Positions 29,058 to 41,183 of a stretch of 64,000 nucleotides of DNA are shown here, piece after piece; position 1 is the first letter of the stretch; each line of letters begins with the position of its first letter. This stretch comes from Neoconidiobolus thromboides FSU 785 (taxonomy: Eukaryota > Fungi > Entomophthoromycota). The notes beneath the pieces were generated by a model. The model did no database searches, was not told the origin of the DNA, and saw nothing but the letters and a program-made list of their open reading frames with translations. The stretch is taken from NCBI GenBank assembly GCA_025603075.1, contig MU626289.1, positions 62,001 through 126,000 of the forward strand, given 5' to 3'. Both the position numbers and the translations under genes were made by a program.

Positions 29058-29220
29058 AATGATAGAAATATATCAAGAAGATTAACTATAAATAAGAAAT
29101 GAGCTGACTCCTTTAGCTCAATATAAACCTACGTTTAGAGTCGAATTAAGAGAAGAGATATACTTTGAGCCTACAATTCGTACGATCATCACAATGGTAC
29201 TATGTACAGATAACGATAGT

Positions 29221-29490
29221 ATATGTGAATGTTTTTTATCTATTACCCTTTTGTTATTTTTAAAATTTGGAAATTGATTAATCAGTACATTCTTTAAGTT
29301 TGAATGTGCGCTGGTAAATGATAAATTTTATAGCCAACTACTTACTCTACCATCCTAATTTGAGACTTGTTAGTTTAACATTTACTTTACAATGAACAAT
29401 TAGCTAGCGCACATTCAAACTTAAACAATGTACTGATCAATCAATTCCCAAGTTTTAAAAAAGAACACTTGATAGAAAAATATATTTTAT
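29221..29490. mobile_element. Foldback element with long imperfect inverted arms
   Basis: Left arm TTTAAAATTTGGAAATTGATTAATCAGTACATTCTTTAAGTTTGAATGTGCGCTGG (~29259-29314) pairs with right arm CTAGCGCACATTCAAACTTAAACAATGTACTGATCAATCAATTCCCAAGTTTTAAA (~29404-29459). Absent from the matching position of host copy A. Confidence 0.8.
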
Positions 29491-30042
29491 AATATAATAT
29501 TTCATTTTCCTCTATAATAATAACACATGTAATATAACAAATAAACCTAATTGTAAAGAGGGTCTCATAAGTTTTTAAAAAGCACCAGAATCTTCTCTCT
29601 GTTTATTATTAGGAAAAGATTATAGCTGTATCAACTCCAATCATATATGCTTTACAAAGATCTCCAACTTCTTACTCTAAAAGAAGATCTAACAAAAATA
29701 CATTATTTGGATTAAAGCTTAATTTAAAGTTACACTTAACTACAACAGAGACAAATTTGATTAAATGTACTATTGAAATGTTAAAAATAAAAATAAAACT
29801 TTTAAATTTATTTTGTAAAGTTTATTCTTATCTTTTTTAGTACATGTTAAATATATCAAAGGGTACTCAAATGCTCTGTTGGTTATTAAAAGTTCATTTG
29901 CAAAGTATCTACTATTTTTCAAAAGGATTTTTATTTTACTTCAATCAATTATATAGTTAACAATAACATATTACAAAAATTGATATTAATATAAACAGTA
30001 ACCTCTCATTAAAACACTTATTTTTATTACAAAGCACCATAT

Positions 30043-30242
30043 GGGGATGTATTTTTTTGCTAATAATTTTACCAATAGCTTTTCCACTCAAACAACACTT
30101 GGGGATGTATTTTTGTGTTTAAGAATTTTACCAACAAATTTTCCGCTTAAATAGTACTTAAAAAATGGAAGAAATAATCAAGTCAAAAAAAACACTCCTA
30201 CTTAAAAGATAAAAAAGTGCTGAAATTGAAAAAAATACTCCC
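30043..30242 (-). mobile_element. ~99-bp MITE, outer copy interrupted by a second family member
   Basis: ATAT(30039-42)-GGGGATG...CCACTCAAACAACACTT [inner copy] AAAAGATAAAAAAGTG...TACTCCC-ATAT(30243-46). The two halves sum to 97 bp. Confidence 0.88.
30101..30199 (-). mobile_element. ~99-bp MITE, inner nested copy
   Basis: ACTT(30097-100)-GGGGATGTATTTTTGTG...AAAAAAACACTCCT-ACTT(30200-03): 99 bp with a 4-bp direct duplication. Confidence 0.9.
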
Positions 30243-31470
30243 ATATTTAAATCTAAATTTAAAAGTATGAATAACTTAATGTAATATAATTTTATACTTT
30301 AAAATCCTTTATCAAATAATGATCAAATATAGCAGAATATATAATATAACAGAATGATTAATTTAATTTAATTAGAAATATATTGATTAAACTACAAAGT
30401 CACCGTTTTTGTATAAACTAAACAAAAATGAATAAGTGTTTTTCAAAGCTATTTTATTGCCTTTATTACTTTAATGCTTCAAGCTAGGTTGTTATTAACA
30501 TTAAAATTAGTTGATCAAACATCTAGTTTTTCATTTTTATTTTATTTAATGACACATATATTCATTAGATTTATAGTATCTTTTGGTTATTTTATGCAAT
30601 CAAAATATAAAGTTTAGATTTTTAATACATGTTTTATTTTTTATTTCAACTACTAATGCCCAAATAATTTAGAAACAACTTTCTAAATATTTGTTTTTAT
30701 TACTTTTATATTATTTTGTGTATGTAAAATATTGCGTTAATTTGTTTAACAAGATAACATTCTAAAATTGCTACCTTATTCTGATTATATTCTTATTGAA
30801 TGTTCCTATTTTAGACTACTAAAATAACAGATACTACCATTTCTTTGGTAACTAACAATTATGTTCTGCTTTTAATATATTATATTGTGCTTTAGTTGAC
30901 TTTTTAGCTTACTTTTAAAGTGATGCTATGGAGTAATTTTGAAAATGCAATAATTCCTCCGAGTTAAATAATGTTTGAATTTGAGTGGTTCCAAACATAT
31001 TTAATTATATTATATACCAAAAACAATGATTAAATACTAATATATGTACATATTGATCATATACTATTATCAATTAATTGAATTCATATTAATTGAATAT
31101 CATTTATTAAAAAATCTTGGACATTTTATTAATGTTATACTGTAATAATTTAATTTATTAATATAGTTTTTTGTTGGATAAATTAATAATGTACATTTAA
31201 TAAATTAAATACTACTGAAATTTCCTTTTTTAACTTAAAGATAACAAATTCAATCTTCTAATTGAGCATCTGATTTTGCGTACAAAACAAACCGGTTCTT
31301 AAAAGATTAATTAAGTAAAAATAGAAAGTGCCATTGAAAAGGAGGAAAAAAATATATAAACTAAAAATTGAAATCAAAATAAAACAGCTTTTTGCTTTTT
31401 CACCTCTCCATTTTCAAAATATTTATTTTTTTATCCTAAATATAATACCAACTAATAATACTTACATATA

Positions 31471-32052
31471 ATGTCTTTCGCTTGTTTTAACTACACAAAT
31501 AATATCTTTGCAGTCGACGCTAATAAAGATAATTACCTCTTAGAAGGATTATCATTTAATCAAGAGGCTTCTAAATGGATTAAATCGGAACCAAAAGAGC
31601 ATTTCCCAACCCCTCTATTAAGTAGCAGCGATTCTTTATCTGATTTGGACATTGATACGTTTACTTTTGATGGGTCTTCTCATTTACGTTTAGACGGATA
31701 TAATGATGACTTAAAGAAAGAATCAAACCAAATTAATGCCGAAGCTAAACTGATAGTAGAGTTTAAGCGTAGAGTAAGTCCATATTTAAGTGTCCATATT
31801 GAGGACAGTGCTATTTATAAAATATATTCAAGCCACCCTTCGTTATCTGAAACCTTTTTATTTTTTGCTATTTGTGCAAGTGCCTCAATTATAGGTAATA
31901 ACTATGGTCCAAAATCAGAAATAAGTATAAATTATTACTCAAAAGCACTGGAGTTAATGGAAAGCATACCGAAGAAATCAAGAGATGAGTCTTATTTTAA
32001 TGGTATATTCGTTATGCAATATTTGGGTGAATACTTATTAAGGACCCTATAA
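31471..32052 (+). CDS. Orphan protein (193 aa or slightly extended by splicing) with a fragment resembling the fungal transcription-factor middle homology region; paralog of 37388-38071
   Basis: TATATAAA about 120 bp upstream; Ser/Asp-rich N-terminal half; C-terminal SETFLFFAICASASII...YYSKALELMESIPKKSRDESYFNGIFVMQYL. A GT at ~32028 and an AG at ~32130 could change the last few residues. Confidence 0.7.
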   Translation: MSFACFNYTNNIFAVDANKDNYLLEGLSFNQEASKWIKSEPKEHFPTPLLSSSDSLSDLDIDTFTFDGSSHLRLDGYNDDLKKESNQINAEAKLIVEFKRRVSPYLSVHIEDSAIYKIYSSHPSLSETFLFFAICASASIIGNNYGPKSEISINYYSKALELMESIPKKSRDESYFNGIFVMQYLGEYLLRTL

Positions 32053-34357
32053 AAAAAATATCTTTGTACTTTGTTTAATAAATTATTTTAATATTAATCG
32101 TTCATTACTTCTATGTCTTTGGTTTTGTAGAATCTTATCCACGTGGAATCTGATATTGTTTTGACATTGTATTTCATTCATTCCTTGACTGTTGTACACG
32201 CTATAATTAGTATTCAAATTTAATATTTTATCATTTTAATATTCTTTAAGTTTTCGAAGTACTATTTCCAAGAATTATAGAAATAGAGTAAGGTTCTTCC
32301 GATATAACCCAATGATTTGTGCTGAACCTCCATTTACTTTTGTTAATTTGATGAAATTGGATTAACCATAACCAGTTTAAAAATAACATCTTGGTCACTT
32401 GGTAATATTATTCCTGGTAAAACTTTTATGACTTAATTCGGTTGATTGTTTTTTAATTCGACATCCAAATTCTATTACTACTATTCTAAAATTAGCAAAA
32501 CGGCTCTATTATCTGTGATCTTAATAATAATTTATACCATCTTGCATAAACAACTTATAGCTATGAGTAAGTTAATAAAACTTACAATTATTTATAGAAC
32601 ATAACTTTTTGTTTTGTAAATGTTAAGAGAGCTAAAAATAGTCTATTGTACATATACTATCAAATAATCAAATACAAAAAGAATTCGCTATATCAATTAA
32701 CTTTCACTCAACACTGAATTAAACTTTAATAAAACAGCAGTTTGGTTTTGAACTGGTATACACTAATTATCTCCAGAAAATTTTTGTTATTTGAAATTTA
32801 TTCATTATTAAAATTTACTTAAAATTAGCATTATAAACCGGGGCATATTATCAGATTTTATGGATTCAATATAAATAATGGTGTATTAAAAACTCTTTTT
32901 AAGTACACTTACACTTTAATTTAAAAGCAATTGCTGTTTCAATGGAAACCCTTTTAAGAAATTTAATATGTTTAACATACGTATTATACACCCTTGAACT
33001 GATTAAGTGGAGTGAGAATTTTATCTTCAAATATAAAAGTACCCATGGCTTAAATTTTTACTTGGTGTTATTAGTATATTCTATTCATTTAAATTTCCGC
33101 TTTTTGCACCATTTGTCTATGTTACGATGCATTTATCTTTTTAACAATATAAATTTAAAAAAGAAATATTTTAAAGTTTTACTTATTATTTTTCTTTCTC
33201 AAGCATTAAGGCAAGTATGAAAATTTTGATAAAAAAATTGGACAATATTGTAAAAATAAAACCATAATTTTATTTTTCTAGTATTTTTTAATACACCGCG
33301 GTTGTAGTAAAAAAAGATTTAAATAAACTGATATGATAAAATTGAATATAATTTTATACAAAACTGATCAAAATTTAAAATATTGTAACGAAAATTCTTA
33401 ATTTTTTCACTTCAGTTTGTTTAAAAAATTCCCTACAATAGTCGTAATGTGTTAAAAATATCGTGTATAAAAATAAAAATTATATACTACAAAATTATGA
33501 ATGGGATCTATCATAATTAGCATCCAACAGTTATAAGACTACACTCAACTTAAGGCGAGAAGTCGGTATTTAAGTCTTAATATCACAAGTTTAAAGGCTT
33601 TAATAAAATAATATCTATATGTATTAAAAACCTAAGCTTACAATGTTCCAAAAATATAATTACTAGTGAGAAAATACATGTTTCAAGTTTGTCTCAGCAT
33701 CAATCAGTAGAAAATTTGCACTAAATAATTACTATTAAATTTTATTAAAATTTTTTGGCATATTTAAATGATAGTATAGTTTATTAAACTGCCTTTAAAC
33801 TTATTTTTGTACCAAGTCTGGTACCAAAGTTTCAACTAACTAGTTTTAATATAATATCATTTAACTAAAGGTATAGATATTAATCCTTCCTTTTACTTTT
33901 ACTTTAATTCAAAGGTTTTATTTCAATAAGCTTTTATGTTTGTAAATTTTAATTTAGTGCTAATTCCTTAGTAGAATTTATTATACAATTAAAAAATGCC
34001 TTTGCTTACAAATTCTAGTGCAAACCTATTCAAACTTGTCAAGCTTCAGATTTTTTTTATAATTTTGAAAAATAAATTTACTGAAATAAATTTACAACAT
34101 TCACTTTCCTATTTTAGTGACTGTAAATAGCTAATAAATAATTCCATCAAATAAAAAGAAGGAATTTTATGCATCATTGGGTAAATTTTCTTAACATGAA
34201 AGTAAATGGTGTCAACAAACTTAACTAATAACGGTAACAAAAGTTATTCGGAAAATAAAAAACAATATAAACTATATAAAACATAGTAACAGTGAAGATT
34301 GAAATAGTTTGAATGTTTTTTTATTATATTTAGATTATAAGCTAATTATTATTAACA

Positions 34358-35567
34358 ATGAAGTTTAGTATTAATGGTTTAAACGAATGTAGTTGTAAAT
34401 TAAGTGATGAAAAGTGTAAAGAGTGTGTTATAAATGTAGACAATTCATTTAGCAATAATAATAAAGTAAGCGATATAAATGCTAAGGATTTAAATGATCA
34501 ACCAATATTTCCATATACAAGGCCTAAAAGTAATGTAACAAGGCTTCGCGCTAGCTATTGGTCCGAATTCCTTACATCTAACAATAGGACAGAGCGTAGG
34601 CTATTTTTATGCTTAAAATCTTTCATTTTAGCACAGACAGTGGGCATTATTTTCTTTGTTTTAAATATTTTATTAACTTATTTAGGCGATTAACTTGGCA
34701 TTATTCATTATAAATTTAGTCAAACAGACATATATATCAAGTATAGTTATTGCTATTTTATTTATTCCAAAGACTATTTTTGGCACTTTATCATCAAACA
34801 GTAATGGTAGAAAATATTTAGGAATTGTAATATTAATTAATAGCCAGTAGTTTAGTTTACTAATCTCACTTTAATAGCTTGCTTTTTTGATTATACTATG
34901 GGAATCATGGACTGCCTTTCATGTTACTTTATTAGTCTATCAATCCCGTGACGAAGCGTTAAAAATTTTAGTTGATGGTGTAATCGAAGATAAACCCCTT
35001 TTAATATCGATTTTATTATTATATGGAATTCATTTAATATTTTCAGTTATATTAATCTCGCTAGTTTTAATATGGTATTTAAGCCCAGCGTTCAATAATT
35101 CTAGTTGGGATTTAAATCCTTCAGCGTTCAATAGTAGGGAAACTGAAAGGGAGAGCGAAAAGTTAAATAAGCTGAAGTTGGCTTCAACCACAACCCCAAA
35201 GTCAGTTATTGATACTAATGATAATGGTAATAATATTTACCTAAAGCCAAATATGGATATCGAAACAAATATTAATAAAACAAGCGAAAAAATGAGGCCA
35301 GAATCCGATGTTCCAACCATACTTTTAGATCAAAGACTAAATCTATTAAATCCAAAAAGTTTAGAGGCAAGTCCACTTAATTCAAATTTGAAGGATTTAG
35401 CAAACAACATAGATCCTTATTTAAATAATTTAAAGTATCAAATTAAGCTACAGTTGTTAAAAAGATACTCAGAGCCATTCGAAAAAGGCCTAGATTCAGA
35501 CATCAAGAATTCTAGGTGGTCTGCTAATCCAGGTGAATTTAATAAGGAAGAATTTGAACATTCATAA
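34358..35567 (+). CDS. Orphan 4-TM membrane protein, 370 aa; exons 34358-34639, 34686-34826, 34878-35567
   Basis: Two phase-0 GT-AG introns (34640-34685, 34827-34877) join the ORF fragments. Cys-rich N-terminus (CSCKLSDEKCKEC), four hydrophobic segments and a long polar C-tail. Confidence 0.75.
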
Positions 35568-37387
35568 TAATCCAATTCTATCATTTAACATTAATATAAC
35601 AAATTCAACTTATTTTAACTTATGCTAGTAGTTTCTAATAAAACAATTAATTATTTAGTGAATGAACCTATGTTTAATACTTGATAACATTATACGAATA
35701 TAATTACATAATTATATAATTATACTATATTTTTATATAGAAAAATAAAACCATTATTTAAAATTAATAAATATATAAAGTTTGATCATAAGCTATTGCT
35801 ACAGCAAAACCACACTTGAAACTTTTCTCAAAAAAAAGTCATTTATATGTACGGTGCAATAATGTACCTCTACAATTCAATATAAAATAGGTCATTTTAA
35901 TTCTATTTTTAAATAATTTGTATATAATATATTAAGAAATATTCGGCAACCATCAAAATATTTTCCAAGATGACATATAATAATAAAATGGTATTTAATA
36001 TTTCCAAAATAATATAAAATACCAGCATTAATTTATATTTATATATTTAAAGAAATCCTGAGCCTTATTGAGTAAATGCCTATTAGTTTGGATAGAATGA
36101 TTAAAGAGAATTGATCATTTAAAAAGAACTATACAACTTTAACGATAGTCTTAAGACGCCTAATGGCCTATAAAGATCCTTTATTCTAGACAACAAGGTA
36201 TTTGTAAATTAATATTTTTAAAAAGATATAAAAGTTATAAAAATATTTAAAAAAGCATGTGATGTGAAAGCGGATCAACTTTTTTTGTAGAATTTTATTC
36301 CCAAAGGCTCAAGAAATTTAAGATTAAATATAAACGTTGAAAGATAGCTCAGACCTTTTGTAGATAGAAATATTTATATATTATAGTGGTGCAATCAAAT
36401 CACTTTCAGTCGAAGTATAATAATATTTGGATTTCTATGTAAGGTATAAAGCTGATATTAGAACTAGTAAAACATAATATATATATTAGTTAAAAGTATG
36501 ATTATTAATTTGTATTTAAAATTAAGTAACTTTTTTATAACATTAAACTATATTTCTGTAGATTGGACAAATTTATCAACAAACCTCAGTTTATTCTCAA
36601 ACCTTTATCAGGTAATTTAGCATCTTTACACAGTATAATTTAGCTATTTCATATTATTTAAATATCATCATTAGATGTAATGAAAATAGCTTATAGTGGA
36701 AAGAATATAATAACTATTCACTAAACAATTCTTTATAATCATGTTCTAAAGGTTTAATATAATACAACAGTTATATTTTACCAAGTCTAAGCATTTATTT
36801 TAAGGAAAATAGTAAAAATTAATGTGGAGAATTAATAACGAAATCATTGTATGTGGAATAATCAAAGTATTCATTCTATAAGAATAAGTGAGTTAAAAGT
36901 TTCTAAATAGGCACAGTAAATGCTTGGTCAATATAATTTAAATCACTTAATAAGATAGTTTGGTATAGATAACTAGGTCATAAACAAGTTTTTAAGCTTA
37001 GCAGTAATATTGTTAATGTGATTATATTGTTTACTTATTCTATCTTTTATCAAACCAATCTAAAATCTTTCTTAGGCCATCAAACGCCCATGTACTAATT
37101 TTGAAATTTTTTAAAGCAATTGTCACTTTAACAAATATCGATTATAATACCAACTATAATATCAATTATGATATTGAATATTATAATAACAAAGTTATTG
37201 CTATATTTGAATTGACCTCATTTTTAAGAATTATACTTATAAAATTTCATTTTTATACTAAACAAAATAACAGAGTCAATATTAAAAAATTAAGGTAATT
37301 TATTATAAAATAAATCTAAATGGGAAACGATGGGAAGGAGGAGGGATAAGCGAACGAGAGTAAATCTTATGATTTTATAAATAATTT

Positions 37388-38071
37388 TTAATACAATTTG
37401 TTAACAATGCTGATATCTAAGTAGATTTTTATAAATTCCATGAGGCCACATGAAAAATAATAAATAGAGTCCCTTGACTCATGCTTAATTGTTGACATTA
37501 ATTCAATTGCTGATGAATAATAATATGTGAACATAGGTCCTTTTATGTCTTCTGTTTTAAGCATTATCGACATTGAGCAAATTGAAAAAAATAAAAAGGA
37601 TTCGGTAGGCGTAGGTGTACCGCATTGTAGTCTATTAATGATGTCATAAGTTATTGCATCTTCGTATACATGATTGATATTGGTCATATAATATTCGAGT
37701 AAATCGTATTCTGATAATCCTATTGCTTGTTCGCTGTTGAAGGAAGTGACTGAACCTGGAGAATCTGGTAGCATTGAAACTGATTCAGGGGCTTCAAAAG
37801 CTCCTTGAGTGCTTAGCATATCTTGATTATGAAGATAGTAGCTATTATTACTAGTTGAATGGGATGGATAAGGAATGATAGATGGATAAGTTGTGGTGAT
37901 ACTTAAATGAGATCCCTTTTTTGATTTGTTTTTTATGGTACTAGCAGATTTATTATGAGATTTAACACTATCAAACCTAGTGTTGACAGATTTGTTATTA
38001 GGGGATTTATTTGAAACTTTAGCCTCGTAAGGAATGAAAACAGTGTTATTATACTCTTCAGTTAGGGTCAT
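37388..38071 (-). CDS. Orphan protein (227 aa from ATG 38071), paralog of 31471-32052
   Basis: Ser/Thr/Pro/Asn-rich N-terminal half; C-terminal TESFLFFSICSMSIML...YYSSAIELMSTIKHESRDSIYYFSCGLMEFI; TATAAATA upstream. Confidence 0.72.
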   Translation of the reverse strand: MTLTEEYNNTVFIPYEAKVSNKSPNNKSVNTRFDSVKSHNKSASTIKNKSKKGSHLSITTTYPSIIPYPSHSTSNNSYYLHNQDMLSTQGAFEAPESVSMLPDSPGSVTSFNSEQAIGLSEYDLLEYYMTNINHVYEDAITYDIINRLQCGTPTPTESFLFFSICSMSIMLKTEDIKGPMFTYYYSSAIELMSTIKHESRDSIYYFSCGLMEFIKIYLDISIVNKLY

Positions 38072-39881
38072 TATGTATATTATGGTATTAAACACTAAAT
38101 AATAATAATAAAACAAATAAGTTTAAATTTAATTTTTGTCTTTTCTTGCCTATTTATATCTCTTTTTTTTGTTATCAAAGCTTATTTTTTATTAGTATAG
38201 GATTTGATGTAATAAAATGAAAACGACGGGCCTTAAATTGTAATTGGAAGTTACCAAACTTAATAAATTTTTATTTAGACTAAAAATGTACAAAAATATT
38301 AAGATATTTAGAATGTAGTACAAATTATTATTATAAATAGGTCAGTCAATTAATAAGTATATCAAATGATTATAAAAATAATTGGTTGAAAATATTTTCA
38401 AGCTCTGAAATAGTACTTTATTGGCTATTTTGTATTAGTGAAAACCTGTTTGTTTTTTATTTAAATATAGACAGTGCTATTACTATATTTCAATGCGTAA
38501 CTTATTAACTTTAGATGTTGCGAATTAAAAATTCTGCAAGGTAATGTGGAAATTAGAAACCCAGGTTTGTAATTGATTCAAAATAAAAAGTATTTACAAG
38601 ATTAAATACAAACAGGTAGAATCTGCAGATTTATTACAAAGATAGAGATTTATTATAAATATCCTTTATTACTTTGATAAACTTTTGGAAATCGATAAAT
38701 CACTGCCTTACCACATGGGGTTTTGTACTTTTTTTAAATTTTTAAGAAAAATAATATTTAGAATATCACTATGCTCAATAACAGGTTTTTTATGACTTTA
38801 TCTCGCTCAAATTTACTCGGAATTAATTATTTTTAAAAAATACTATCCTATAAAAAATTAGAGCAATTATTGGCTATTTTTACTCCCATATAAATTTTAT
38901 CGCTGTTTTTTTTTTACTTTTTTCTTTGATTTAGTTAAATTACCTAATGCTTTATAATTATATTGATACTTATAATAAATAGATTGACAGTACTTTTTAT
39001 ACAAATTTAAAGGATTTCTATTAAATAAAAATAGACTAATATGCTATATCTATGGATGATTATTTGGTATGTGAAATAAAAGTGAAATAGTGTAATTAGA
39101 GATTCCCCAATTATTCCAAGCAACCTATTTAATGACATTAGTACTCAATCCAAGTTCGTTAAAGATAATTAGCTGAGCTTAAAGTGGGAAGGAATTATGC
39201 TGGATATTATAAGCCATAAAATGCTATTGAGAGAAGCCGAAATATGGGTTTCTAAGTGCAGGGCCTTTGACTGCCTAATTCCTTTTAATGTTTAGTTGCT
39301 GAATAACTGATTTAAAGAATATACTGAAGGCCATTTAATAAATGTTATATTAGCAAACAGTTGAGCTTTAAAATGTAGTATTACACTAAATACCACGTGC
39401 TTTTTGTGTAATCTTTTTCCGCTCAATTAGCTTGTTAAGGGAATTGAGCGCAATTTTTTGGCTTTCTTACATCCCAAATTTGACAAAGCATTTAAAATTA
39501 TGGATAAGAATTAAGTCTATAAAAAGTAGATTATTACTCAAACGCGGTAATATTCGAAGATATAAATTAGAGGAAATTCTTTCAAAATTGAATACTATAA
39601 TTATCAAACATGTTTAATTGTGGAAAATTAAAACAGAAATATAAACTTCTTTAAAGCCTTTAAGAATTATACTTAAAATTATCTTATTAAGGTATATTTC
39701 GACTTTTGAACCTAAGGTATTCAACATAATAGAAAAGAAAATGACAATAGTATTACAAACAAAATAAACCCAGTCGTTATCAAAAAAACTAATTTTTAAA
39801 TAGCTATACTTGTTATGCATATATGAAATCGGTATCTTACCAAAAAAGTAAGGACGATTCCTACTTTTACTTTGAAGATAT

Positions 39882-39980
39882 GGGGGTGCTTTTTATGGTT
39901 TCATCACTTTTTCCATCATTTAAGCACTATTTGAGTGGAAAAGCTATCACTAAAATTCTTAAATAAAAAAATCCATCCCC
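39882..39980 (+). mobile_element. ~99-bp MITE family copy
   Basis: ATAT-GGGGGTG...AAGCACTATTTGAGTGGAAAAGCTATCACTAAAATTCTTAAATAAAAAATC-CATCCCC-ATCT. Confidence 0.88.
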
Positions 39981-40347
39981 ATCTATTCTTTAAGGATAAA
40001 ATATCTTTAAATGTAAATGAGGTATAAAAACAAGAAACCTATTTTTAGAACAAAGGATATATTGATTTTTATCTCATTACTTAAAATTTATCATAACTTC
40101 TACAATCATTAAATTGTCTATTTTACAAGCATTATAAATATCCATTATATAAAGCGAAATCTTCCTTTTAAGTAAAGCTCTTTTAATTACAAGTATATTT
40201 AACCTGACTTCTATGTATTTAGCTATTACTTTTTGGGACTTTATTTTCTGTAAACTATGAATTAAAGTGTCATTTTGAAAACATTATAAACATTTACACA
40301 AAACTAAATAATTATTTTTAATTTCACTATTATTCTGCGTATTATTA

Positions 40348-40387
40348 TTTAAGTTTAAAGTTTAAAGTTTAAAGTTTAAAGTTTAAA
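40348..40387. repeat. Tandem repeat (TTTAAAG) about 5 copies
   Basis: Direct reading. Confidence 0.85.
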
Positions 40388-40413
40388 TCAAAGCAAATAA
40401 GAATATAAATAAT

Positions 40414-40508
40414 CAGGATGTCTCTTTTTCTTCAAGATCCGCTAACACATTTTCCACTCAATAGTGCTTAAAAAATGAAAAAAAATGACAAAGTTAAAAA
40501 ACACTCTT
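40414..40508 (-). mobile_element. ~99-bp MITE family, degenerate copy
   Basis: CAGGATG...CATTTTCCACTCAATAGTGCTTAAAAAATGAAAA...AAAAACACTCTT. Confidence 0.7.
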
Positions 40509-40535
40509 AATAATTTTAATAAAAATTCAATATAC

Positions 40536-40621
40536 GGGGATGTATTTTGTTTAATGATTTTACTAACTTTTCTTCCAAATTGCACAAAAAGCGGAAATAA
40601 TGATGAAACCAAAATAACTTT
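40536..40621 (-). mobile_element. ~99-bp MITE family, degenerate copy
   Basis: GGGGATGTATTTTGTTTAATGATTTTACTAAC...GGAAATAATGATGAAACCAAAATAAC; right end eroded. Confidence 0.65.
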
Positions 40622-41183
40622 ATATTATAATCAAAAGTATTAATATTTAACGTGGTTTTTTAAGTGATAGCTATCATGAAGTTTAATGTCTGATTTTAAT
40701 ATATTTAGATAAAATTGATCTTAGTTTTGATATTTATAAATAATTTTTGAAATAATTTTTACAAAGTTAAAATCATACATATTATTAATTCAATTTGGTT
40801 TAAAGACTATAAATTTATTTGAACTTTTATACTTGTTTGAATAGTTTATGATAAAATATTAATATTATTTAATTTAAAATGCTTGTATTAGTTATAAAAA
40901 GCTAAATTTAAAAAAGTATATAAAATATAAAATTATAACAATAAGATCTAAATAAAAAACACAAAGCTGATATAATTAATAAACTTTAAGTTATATAATT
41001 AAAACTAATTTTAACTTATAAGCATAAAGTATAATAAAAAGTAAGTTATATAAAACATCACAAAAACAAAACATTTGTTGACAAATTGTATAAAATAATA
41101 ATAAATATAACAGAAATTTTAATTCAATTTAAAATTATAATGTTATAATAATTATTTTCAAAAGCACAATAATTTAATAATAT

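Larger units (their letters stand above)
28370..30260 (+). repeat. Old dispersed repeat, copy B, carrying four MITE insertions and one foldback insertion
   Basis: Collinear with the reverse complement of 2890-4440 once insertions are removed; boundaries approximate. Confidence 0.8.

Noticed and set aside
32942-33220. 92-aa ORF, and similar short ORFs at 22937, 37101, 39432 and 39614
   Set aside because: Composition matches translated AT-rich non-coding DNA; no motifs or splice-compatible partners.
39420-39450. 9-bp hairpin CGCTCAATT-13nt-AATTGAGCG
   Set aside because: Too short to be significant in 64 kb and without supporting context.
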